A stretch of DNA of 64,000 nucleotides, taken from Sphyrna mokarran (taxonomy: Eukaryota). The stretch covers positions 5,208,001 through 5,272,000 of the forward strand of contig JAGIQG010000040.1 of assembly GCA_024679065.1 (NCBI GenBank). The letters run 5' to 3'. The position numbers and the translations under genes are program-made. Positions 52,423 to 62,949 of this stretch are shown piece after piece (position 1 is the stretch's first letter; each line of letters starts with the position of its first letter). The notes under the pieces were generated by a model. It saw only the letters and a list, made by a program, of their open reading frames with translations. It ran no database searches and had not been told where the DNA came from.

Positions 52423-52928
52423 ATGATGGGGATCCAGTTCTTTCCCATCCTCATCACTATCTCACTTCTCAGTAAGTATTCCTTCCCAATAAAACTCCAT
52501 TCTACCCTCACTGCTGTAACCCAGATATTATTGTTATTAAAACAATTGTGACGGTGTTGATGATAATTGCATCATTTAATTTGAGGCTGACTCTGATTGT
52601 CACTATTGTTGTTACTTCCGTTAGAATGGAGCCAGCAAGACAAAGTGGAACAACTGGATTCTGAAATATCGCTTAAAGAAGGAAATAATGTCACAATGAC
52701 CTGTTCTTTGGAAACAAGCAGTTACAGCCCTAATGTGTATTGGTACAGTCAGCAGCCTGGGAAAGCTCCAGTGTACATGTTTCGGCTTATTGGAGAGAAC
52801 GTGCAAGGGAACACCGCCCTCGATAATCGGATTTCTTCTAAATTTGATAGAAAGAACAAGACTACCGAGCTAACGATCAGTAACACACTGATCTCTGACA
52901 GCGCCGTGTATTTCTGTGCTATGGAGCC
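52423..52928 (+). CDS. TCR alpha/delta V segment V10a (intact)
   Basis: Leader 52423-52471 (MMGIQFFPILITISLL, GTAAGT). V exon 52625-52928: DKVEQLDS...MTCSL...WYSQQPG...DSAVYFCAMEP. Confidence 0.92.
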
Positions 52929-52968
52929 CACATTGCTGCAGAGATATAGCGAATCCTGTACAAAAACC
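52929..52968 (+). other. RSS of V10a (24-bp spacer)
   Basis: CACATTG + 24 bp + ACAAAAACC. Confidence 0.9.
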
Positions 52969-52975
52969 CCACACA

Positions 52976-53008
52976 GGCAGTTCCAGGTAGTGCCCACTGG
53001 GGGTGCGC
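52976..53008 (+). promoter_or_regulatory. RSS-proximal CTCF-like site with upstream module
   Basis: GGCAGTTCC-AGGTAG-TGCCCACTGGGGGTGCGC; the core is imperfect. Confidence 0.45.
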
Positions 53009-54891
53009 TCACAGAGACGCGGGCAATTCAGTTTCCACAGTGACAGTGACAGGAAGATTGTTCAAATTGCAACAAAACACAACACTCAAAAACAGCAACT
53101 GGTGTTGTCCAGCTGCACATTTTCATTAGTTAAAATCGTAACTTACATTTGCAGTTGAAATAAGACTGACAGATCAATCTAAGAACATTCACGCCTTTTT
53201 TTTGGTTTTCTATACCTTCCCCTGCCTATTTATTCCAAACCACTCTTATCTTTACTGATTTATGGGAGTTGTGCACATTTCCCTTTTCTAGTCTTTAACG
53301 TAAGCATTTAAAGCTTTTTTCTGATGCCTTGTACATCCATTCAGAATCTCCCCAATTTCTCTGCTCAGCTATTCAGCCCCACTTTCTATCCACATCACTG
53401 ATGAAGATCACGCTTTGTAATGAATCATTTACTAACCCTGGCACTCCTGTTGCGAGACTGCTCGTACGCAGTATGGATTGGACATTCAGCTCCCACACTT
53501 TTAGAGGAGCAAAATTATAGAATTTTTAATGTGCCATTCTTAGTGAGATCAAACCCTTGCAAATAAATCCTAGCTGTCACCACATTGCACGTGGTAGCCC
53601 CATCCACAGCTTTCTTGTGCTGTTTTCACTCTGACCCGTCTCACCTGTGCTGTTTTATTTGAGATTTTATTGGAGATATTGATCTTTGCCACTTTTCCGT
53701 GTTTGGCACTGATTAGATCAGTAGTTGAATGGAGAGGCAAAATATATTTCCACGTCTGAAAGAAAATTTCATAGACTACACGTTACAAAGTGAGTGAACA
53801 TCAAGTGGAAATATCTCAGCCCATTCATTATTCTATTCACTCTTATGAAGTAGATGTTTCAACTAAACATTCATCCTCCCCCGCATCATAGCTGCTACCC
53901 CAAACATGATTGATAACAAACCGTTATGTTGCTGTCAGGATGAATATTGTCATTCTCCATGTCGAAACACAGCCATTAAGACTCAGGGGACCGGTCGTTG
54001 CCTGAAATGACGGTTGAAGAGGAAAGTAATCCCCTGTCGTGGGATGGTCAAATTCACTTTGTTGCTTTGGTCCCTCCGTCAAGAGGACGAATTGGAGATG
54101 AAGGAACTGTGAGTTCATTGCTTGAATTGGAGATCAAAGGAGCTTGAAGCGGATTGGGTGTTATCTGATGATGTATTCAGCAGTGAACCAACCAACGTGA
54201 ACCCGGATATGACTCAACCTGTTCCCAACTCTTGACTAAACACCTTCAGCTTCAACGCATTCTGGTCAAATCCGCTTCCTGCTCTCTGCAAACATGTCTC
54301 GTGTTACTCTGTATTTATTCATCATAGCGACAGCTCTTTCAACCGGTAGGTTCGCAAGTTGTTCAATTCTGTGTTGTACATCATTACCCCATAATATATT
54401 TGGTCAGGCTGTTTGTTCAATGCAAGGGGGAGGGGTGGGTGATCAGGGAATGGATTAATCACAACATCGAAAAATTATCAGGGTCTCGCTGGTCTCCACA
54501 CTGAGCACTATTGGGATTAGGCACATTTCCCCCAAGGAATGAGAAAGAATGAGTTGGGCTCAGATTGAAGCTTCTCTGATAACAGAATGACTTTGGCAAA
54601 CACAACACTTCAAACACACAGATCGAGAGCGGTTTTCAGTTACAGGGACTGAAGGCGAGGAACTGATCTCTTTAGAGAGAACAGAATGTTTATGGGAGAA
54701 GTTTTATTTAAACAAACACCTCCTCTTTCCCAGCGGCTGAACTGTGAAATATGTTTTGTTGTGCTGCGTGATTTCTTTCTGAGGTTATTGTTCAAGATTA
54801 CGGCAGATTCAGGAATGACGGGTACGGGTGAGGGTTGGGGAGCAGAGTGAAATCGCATTGTTTAGTTTAATATTTCTTTGTGTTCTTACAG

Positions 54892-55198
54892 GACACTGTG
54901 GAGGAGATTCTGTTTCACAGACACCGGCTGCAGTCACCGTCACTGAAGGAGATGTTGTTCAGTTACTCTGTAATTACACAGCTACAAGTACTAGCAATCC
55001 TTATTTATTCTGGTACCGTCAGCATTCCAGCGGGTTCATGGAGTTTCTGCTGAGGAGAGACAGATACAGCGGCAACACAGAGACATCCCCAGGGGGCCGT
55101 TTTTCAGCGAAGCTCAATGAAACAACCCGCACCGTCCCGTTGACAGTGTCTAAAGCAGAGCTGGCAGACTCCGGGGTGTATTACTGCGCACTGAGACC
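54892..55198 (+). CDS. TCR alpha/delta V exon V10b (open; leader apparently defective)
   Basis: DSVSQTPA...LLCNY...WYRQHS...DSGVYYCALRP. The upstream leader-like stretch 54744-54783 starts GTG and has an in-frame TGA. Confidence 0.85.
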
Positions 55199-55237
55199 CA
55201 CAGAGACACAGAGCTGGGCTGAACCTGTACAAAAACT
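55199..55237 (+). other. 23-RSS of V10b
   Basis: CACAGAG + 23 bp + ACAAAAACT. Confidence 0.92.
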
Positions 55238-57176
55238 GTCAGAGCCTCGCTCAACATAACAGAGCGTGAGGCAAACATTGGATCAGAGTGAGTCTGAAAT
55301 GGAACCTGAAATCCTAGTGATTTCTCAATCTTGTATTGAGAATACTTTTATGAATAATAGGTATATTGCAAAATTAAAACAGGGACACATAAAAGAATTA
55401 GCTTGAGAATATTTGTAAATTTTAATGCCCCGAAGCGTTTTATGCAATTAACACAGCAGCTATTTTTGGGCTCGTAGTGATATTATTTCATTCAGTAATA
55501 TTGTACTGTTCTGTCTGTGTCAGTCATTGTGATTGGTGAACAGATGTTGAACAGGATCTTTCTCTTGCTCTTTTTGGAAACATTGACCATCCACCTGGGA
55601 GGGAAGACGATTTCCCAAATTTAACAAGTCATCGAGAGGTTGACAGCTCTGACGGTGCAGCATTTTTAAGCTCTGCACTGTCCCTTCAGTAAGTTTCCGG
55701 AGTATTGTTCCAGATAGATTGCCGGTGTCCTCTGGAGTGGAACGAACCTCTGAAGGGACTGGAAACAGAATCCGGGAAGTCCCAGTCCGTGGTGATCACT
55801 CTTTAACCCAATCTGGGAAAAACAAACTGAAATAATGAAAATGAAATTAAAAATTAATATTATCGGTTCCCGTGGAATCAGAAAGACAACCTGTACAAAC
55901 ATACCGCTCGAAAAAAAGACCTACTTTTACTGATAAAGCGCCTTTCATCGACTCCAGAGATCAAATGAGGCTTGCGAACCTAAGGAATTTCATTTTCAGC
56001 GTAGTTGTTGTGGTGATGTTACCAACTTCAGTGGGAATGTTTAATTCTCAGTCAGAAATTCTCGTCACTCTGACCCTGGGGTAAAGGGATTGGAGAATCC
56101 AAATGTGTGCCAGTTACATTGAACTTGTCGCAAATTTGAATCAAATAATGGACACATCTCTCTCTCTCTTCTCTTTCTTTCTCTCTTTCCACTCATCCTT
56201 GCTCTTTCTCTTTCTGCTACATTGAGGAGCCATATTGACGATCCATATTGTCCTGAACGTCGTACTCAGACTACCCAATGACCTTAGAATAGAGAGTTCA
56301 CTCTCTAAGTCTCCGGTTCACCCCACCTCCCTTATTCTCCAGGCATCATGCTCTGACATGGTGTTAGGAGACCAAAAACTTCCATTAGATTGCTCCATGA
56401 TTATGCCTGACAAATTACTACAGTGGTTTTCATTTCCTCCTGCAGTATGTGTGACCAGGAAACTCTCCTGTTCTCACCACCTGTTATTAGGCATACTGGA
56501 AGAATTGAGACCCTGATATTCAACATTTGGTGAGAAGGAGAATACAGTTCTGTTGCCGAAAGACCGCAAAGCAGTTTCGAACCCAAAGTTTCTTGTCCAG
56601 AAGACCTGCTTCAATGCCGGGTCTTCCATAATTGACATAAAAGCTCTTGCTCTAAATACACTGCGGTTTGTGGGGTGGAGGCGTACAGATGTTTCCTCTA
56701 ACTCCAGCTGCCACCTGTTACAGGGGGAACTGACGGTTCTATAAAGGCTCAGCGAAACAGGACATCATCAGTAAAGCAATAATCCTCTATGTTGATCTCG
56801 AATATTGTTACATGATTTCGCAGGATTTATATTGCGGTGGTTTATTATGGGTTTTATTACTTCAATGTTACGACTTCTATATCTGATACCACTGTTATTA
56901 TTTTCATTTTTCTCTATTTGTTGCTTGTGTTGCTTTACGATCATTTGTCTCAGTTTTCTGATGAGTCAAAGGATAATTTGTATGTTTCTAATGTTTTTTT
57001 TTCTGGAAGTTCTATTATTAGATACAATAAAATATATTGTTTTAATTCCATGATATAACTCGCAAGTAAAACATGTTATATCGATATTGCTTTTAAAGAC
57101 CATGGGATGTTTGTCTCCACAGTGCCCATGTCCTGTGAGTTATTGTACAGGCTTTGCATCTCTCTGCTTCACCCGT

Positions 57177-57457
57177 GCCTCAACTGCACTGTATCCACCA
57201 CAGCATCTGACAGTCCGACCGTGTTAATACTGAGACCGATGTATCCTTTCTCATTGCCTTCAAAACTTTAAACCTTCCCTCAGTTGTTCCATCTCTGAAT
57301 GTGGAAACGACATTCTCTGGAGTTTGATCGGTGAATTGCCCGTACTAATATACAAACTCATTCCCAGTAACAGCAATATTGTGATGAAGAGAGATGGTCT
57401 GCCCTTGATTTACCCGATACATTTATATCTGAAATGTCTTCTAGTGACAACGAACAT
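57177..57457 (-). pseudogene. Decayed TCR V pseudogene
   Basis: LY*YGQ (Trp to stop) and LSINTVGLSDAVV; (C)ACGGGTG + 23 bp + ACAATAACT at 57176-57138. Confidence 0.65.
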
Positions 57458-57894
57458 CTGTCAAAACAAGAACAAAATTAAACTGAAGATACAGATCGGG
57501 ATAATTAAATAAAGTTCTTATGCATATTGGCTAAAAAACTTAACTAATGATCTATCCACCTATCTGTCTGCCTGCATCTAACTGTCAACATATCTACCTC
57601 TTATCAATCTGAAGATTTACCTATATCATGTTGATCTACCTTTTTGTCGATTATCTATCTAGATATTTTACAGGTAGATTTTTCAGCCTTCCGCTTTAAT
57701 TTGCTTGTGGAACAACGAAACAGTTCTTTTTAACTTAATATGCTTCGATACTCTGTACTTTTAATTACAGCTTTAGAATATTATAACGCTATTTAAATTG
57801 AACATTGAATGTGGGAAAGTAACATTGAAGAATATCAACGGCATTTCTGATTTGCAGAAAACTTAAAAGTGCAGCGGAGACAGGGTAGTGAACA

Positions 57895-57933
57895 GGGTAT
57901 TGTACAGGGGGATCCGCTCTTTGTCTCACTGTG
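57895..57933 (-). other. 23-RSS of V11
   Basis: CACAGTG + 23 bp + ACAATACCC. Confidence 0.9.
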
Positions 57934-58361
57934 GCTGCTTCGCACACAGATACATTCCAGAGACAAGGACCGTGGTCTCATCTGTAGACATGGTGCAGGA
58001 ATTCTTTACTCGGTCAAAGGACTGTGTATATCGTCCTTCAGTCGCATTCCCCTGGTAAAGGGAGGCGAGAATTGTTGGAGGTCCTATCAATGTTTGTCTG
58101 TACCAGGCTATTGTATCACCTGGAGCAACAGAGAGCCCACACCTGAGTTCAACCCGCTCCCCTTCCCAAGACATGACCTGCTCAGGATGGGAGCTCTGAT
58201 CGTCACACCGAACAGCTGTGAACAGAAGAAAACCAATCATTTACTATACGGTGTGAAGAGATTGTTAAAATAATCCGTCTGAGTAAATCAATAAACTCAC
58301 AAAATATCAGCAGCATCAGAGCTCCAACTGGAAATAGCTCTTTGCGGGGATTTCCCTTCAT
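57934..58361 (-). CDS. Divergent TCR V segment V11 (open)
   Basis: Leader 58361-58301 (MKGNPRKELFPVGALMLLIF, GTGAGT). V exon 58215-57934: LRC...WYRQ...NSCTM...SGMYLCAKQ. Confidence 0.85.
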
Positions 58362-59934
58362 GATTGATGAAGGTGCACAACAGCATCAATCAGGATCTAC
58401 TTTCAAAACTGGGACTTGCAGCCGAGGCCCAGACTCTGAATGGCGGGGAGGGAGAGGCGAGAGCTTTACATTCTCCCCTTCAATGTGAGACCGAAGGGCC
58501 ACACTGTCACCGATTGGACAGTTATGGGATATCGGTATCTGACGTTTCTCACGGTGCCACTCAGCAATTGGCTGTTTCTCAAACCGAAAACCACTTGAAC
58601 CGTCACTACTTCCGAATATCTCCTTCCTCTCTGTAGCAACAAAGTAAATTGTTTGCAAGACTTGTGCTCTGGCGTCTTTCTAATTGAAAAGGGCTGTTCA
58701 TAATCTTGGAATCGTAAACTGTGATAGTACTAACAGAGACCATTCGGCACATTGCTCACGTACTATCTCTGTTTATAGGTTATCCACTTATTCTTTATCG
58801 GCACTTGCATTCAATGTATCTTATATTCTTAAAATTTCCATTTGCTTGTCATGTATTTATCCACTTCTCTATGAAAATTACTTATGGTTTGTCCACATTA
58901 CAGCTTGGCATGAACCATCGCATTCTCTAACAGTCGACTGCTCAAAACGCAGTCTACTAATCGCTCCTTCCACTGCATAAATATCACGAGAAATACCGCC
59001 ATCCAGTCACGCATTGAGGGGTTAGCCGATTGTCCCTGCTCCTTCTTAACCTTTTCCAAATCTGTCTTGATTGGGTATAAGTCTGACAATCACTTCTGAA
59101 CAGAATGCTGCTCTACAGAAAATAACCCCCATTTGCTCAATTCTCCGCTGAGAATAGTGCTCTCTCATTCCTTCACCATCTTTCCCAGTCTCTCTTAAAC
59201 ACTATCACTGAGATTAACGCTGAAGGTATGAAGAGTCACTGAACGGATCCCTGTGTTTGAACGGTGTTCTCAACAATTGTGTGTGCAGGCTTACATGTGC
59301 CCCCTTGTGTTTTGATATCTGTTTCCTTGTTCAGAAACCTCGGATTCTGTCTCTATTTAATCCCATCCACAGCTTGTTCTCTGATTTTTTGTTTAAGTGT
59401 TTAATTATCGGTGTTACAAAAAGGACTGCATTAATACTGCAATGAAATGAATATGAAAATCCCCTAGTCGGGATCATGAACAAAGCCCAAATTTATCAAT
59501 AGGGCGATTTCCAATGGCTGGTCTTCGAGTGACGTGTTTCAGAAAATTTAAATAACAAGTAAATATTTGTAATGTTAAAGAAAAATCACAATCTACTTTG
59601 TTAAAGTTTCTGTTTATTTAATCTGACCTTTAATCTATCATATTCCGTGCTTTTTTTCCAGTCTCTTCCACTTCTTTTTCAATAATTTCCTCATTTCTGT
59701 CACTTCTCTATGAAGATTGAATTTCTCTAATTCCAATTGCTGCTCACTCATTCCGGCTTACGTGTCCCTTCTCCTTTCTCCATCTCTGTTTTCATCAATC
59801 TTCATTTCTGACGGGATATTAATCAGTAGATTCTATATTTTATTTTGCATTGCTCTCATTTCGTTTGTTAATAAACCTTTTTTATAATTCCACCACTCTA
59901 CCGATACTGCAGGATGTCTCTCGCAGTCGGTGCA

Positions 59935-59973
59935 GGTTTTTGTATGGGACCTCCCCATGTTTGTCACATTGTG
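59935..59973 (-). other. 23-RSS of V12
   Basis: CACAATG + 23 bp + ACAAAAACC. Confidence 0.93.
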
Positions 59974-60306
59974 CCTCACGGCACAGAGATAGGTGGCAGT
60001 GTCTGTAACTCCGGCATCTCTCACAGTCAGGACGCTGAATTTGTTGCCTCCGCCGATTGAGGCAGTGACCCTCTCGCTTTGATCGGATTCTCTTGTGGCC
60101 ATCAGCAGATACTGCGGTGGCTGATTCGGGGACTGTCTGTACCAATGCAAGATGTTAAAAGCAATGGTCGAGGTACAGTTCATGGATACGGTTCCCCCTT
60201 CACTCACAACCTTCCGCCGAGGGAGCTGCTTCACCTCATCTGCTCCAGTCATCCCAGTGCAGGTCAGAGTGAAAAACAGCAAAGAGAATCTGTAAATTCG
60301 GAGCAT
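59974..60306 (-). CDS. TCR alpha-type V segment V12, leader and V in a single ORF
   Basis: MLRIYRFSLLFFTLTCTGMTGADEVKQ...MNC...WYRQSP...DTATYLCAVR; no in-frame acceptor AG before the V. Confidence 0.85.
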
Positions 60307-60797
60307 TTTACAGATCACATGAAACTTCTGCTGAAGCAGCTGTCCAGGGAGTTGAGTGTCGAATTGGGATATGGATATAATCACAAGAAATAATAAGGAT
60401 TCACAAACGCGCTCCAGTTGCAACTGAGGCGTCCCTCTGTCGAACTGATGAAAGAAGCTGAGACTCGCTCACGGATATCGATTCTACCGTAATCTGAGAT
60501 AGAGAATTGAAGCCGGAATAAATAAACCTCATCGGCAACCCCATGTTTCCGGTTACAAATCTCGTCCCACGTGTCTACCTAGGAAACCATTTCGTCCGAA
60601 CAGAACACTGACTGAACCCAGCTCAGAGTGAATTCATTCATTGGCAGCCAGCTCACCAACTACTAACACCACAGCACCACCCCGGACACAGGGAAATGCA
60701 GTGAGAACCTCCCGAGACACGGCAGGCAGCAAAATACACAGGATGAAGTTTGGAAATTTTGTCTTCAAATATCCAACTCCCCCTATGCAGAGTGACA

Positions 60798-61229
60798 ATG
60801 CGGCATTTGGGTTGTTTGGGGAATATTCCTAACGGAGAATTGTGAACCAAACACATTGCACATTTACTTTCATTATATAAAAATGGTTTAATACTGAATT
60901 TTGAGTATTCAGTCTGTCTGATCTATTTCCGTGGACATTTTTTTCAGATCTCAGTCATGGCGATTCTATCACTCAATCGCTATTCTCAGAATTAAAGGAG
61001 AAAGAGAAACAGTGACTTTAAATTATACTTTTAATGCAATAACGAGCAAGTACAATTCATACTGGTACCGGTATCTAGATACACAGCCCGTGTTTATATT
61101 GAGGAAAAACTCGATATTTGGTGAAGATATAGTTGTTTCTCTGCAGAGTTCGGGCACCGAGTAAATTCATCAATTTGACTATCTCGGATATGAAGCTGAT
61201 TGACGCTACCCTGTACTATCGCTGGGACT
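60798..61229 (+). pseudogene. TCR V pseudogene (delta-like)
   Basis: GDSITQ, YWYR and DATLYYR (both Cys lost, frameshifts); GACAGTG + 23 bp + ACACAGGCT at 61230-61268. Confidence 0.8.
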
Positions 61230-61704
61230 GACAGTGATGGAAAGTAGTGTGACTGTTGTACACAGGCTGCATTTAAATATAGTTGAAACCGTGTTTGCTG
61301 CGGGTTGCACAAAATCGCGGGCAGATGCGACTGCAATGTGACTGTCAACCACACAAGAGATCTCATTAACCTGGGATCAACCCAAGTGTTTCCAGTTTCC
61401 TGCTACGTCAGTCATTATGTCGCTGTGAGTCTGTGAGATCTCTCAGTAGTGAGCTGGCTGATATTGAAAGAAAACAACTCGAGCTGGGTTCATTCAGCAT
61501 CTCGATAGGGGAATGAGTGCACTTTTCCAGATGATGTTACAGGAATGAAACCCTGCTCTGTAAATTAGCAGCTACAAATTCTGGGTTACTCATAGTAACA
61601 CAAACATTCCAGCATTAAGGAAACATTCTGAAGTTTACTGATCATTGGTGGAACTCTATTCTCAATATCTATTTCAGAGGTAGTAAGAAGTCTCTCAACA
61701 GTAG

Positions 61705-62120
61705 AGGGGAGACCATGCAGACGCGACGACAACGAATGAACACCGCTCAACAATCGCCAGGCAAGAACGTTCCCTTCCAGTGGAGAAAGACTTCAGCAAT
61801 CACGGCCTCTGATTTTCGGGTAAACGTTCTTGAAGGCGAACTTCACGACGCACGACAACATAGAATCGCTGAGCTGAAACTGATAGCCAAGTTCCGCACA
61901 CATGAGGACTCAACCGGTATTTTGGATTCATGTCATACTGTCTGCAACTCCCACGGCTTTCCCGGGCTTGGAAAGTCTCACTTCCTGTCCTGGCTGGAGA
62001 CAATACGCACCTTTTAAATTTGTGCTTGGCCCTCTCTCCATTCACATTGCCTGTAGCTTTAAGACTTGATTATGTGTGAAGATCGCATTCCAACGATTAT
62101 CTTGTAAATTGAGTTTGTGT
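61705..62120 (+). mobile_element. Penelope-like element, GIY-YIG endonuclease C-terminal fragment
   Basis: GETMQTRRQRMN...RIAELKLIAKFRTHED. Confidence 0.7.
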
Positions 62121-62511
62121 TTGTGACTTGTTTCTCCACATCATATTTTGAAAGTCGCAGTCACTTCCGTGCGAAATTTCCGTGTTTTGTATACACTTTC
62201 TCTGAAGCAGGAAAACTCTCGGATCAAATAAATCCAGAGAACAAGCCATGGTAAGAAGACTTCAGAACCTGATGGGCATTGAGTTGCTGAATACTTGACA
62301 GGCACAGAAACTGGATCAAAAGACGATTGCTAAGCAAAAGAGATCAGATAGATGTAAGAAAATCAGCGAGCCCAACTGCGTTGAAATTAAGTAATTTGTC
62401 AAATTCGTCAAATGTCCCTTTCCTCTTGTTGAGATTGTGTTCTGTACTGATGTTTAAGGAAGGCACATGTGATTCTCTCAGTGGAGAGTGAATCTGTTTA
62501 TCGGTGTGAGA

Positions 62512-62543
62512 GCTCCCTCTGGTGGCAGCTTACTGGAACTCCC
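62512..62543 (-). promoter_or_regulatory. RSS-proximal CTCF-like site with upstream module
   Basis: Minus strand GGGAGTTCC-AGTAAG-CTGCCACCAGAGGGAGC. Confidence 0.65.
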
Positions 62544-62589
62544 AGTCTGGGGTTTTGTCCGGGAATAGCTCGATCGCGACAGCAGTGGT

Positions 62590-62949
62590 CCAGAAAGACA
62601 CAGCGTTGTCAGAGAGAAGAACCCCGGATTATTTAAAATAGCAGTTTCGTTTCCTTTGTGCAAACAGTAGAAAACCTGGCAAATCTTAAGATAAGTATCC
62701 GCACTGCATTCTATTGAGAATAAAAGATCTGGATGTACCAGAACAGAGTTGGTTCACGGTAGGTTGTTGACTAACCACAGTCTGGTATTGTGCTCTGTCC
62801 TTCCAGAATTGTTAATTCAGAAGGAGCCTGGGACAACGAATCATCGCTATTATTTCGTATAACACAAAGCCAGAGTGCTCCAAAAATCAGAAATTAAACA
62901 CAACAATAACACACTGACTGCACGGAGACACAACACACAGCAAGAACAT
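62590..62949 (-). pseudogene. TCR V pseudogene
   Basis: DDSLSQAPSELTILEGQ, LFWYIQ and SDNAVSFW; stop and frameshift; ACCACTG + 24 bp + ACAAAACCC (62589-62550). Confidence 0.8.
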
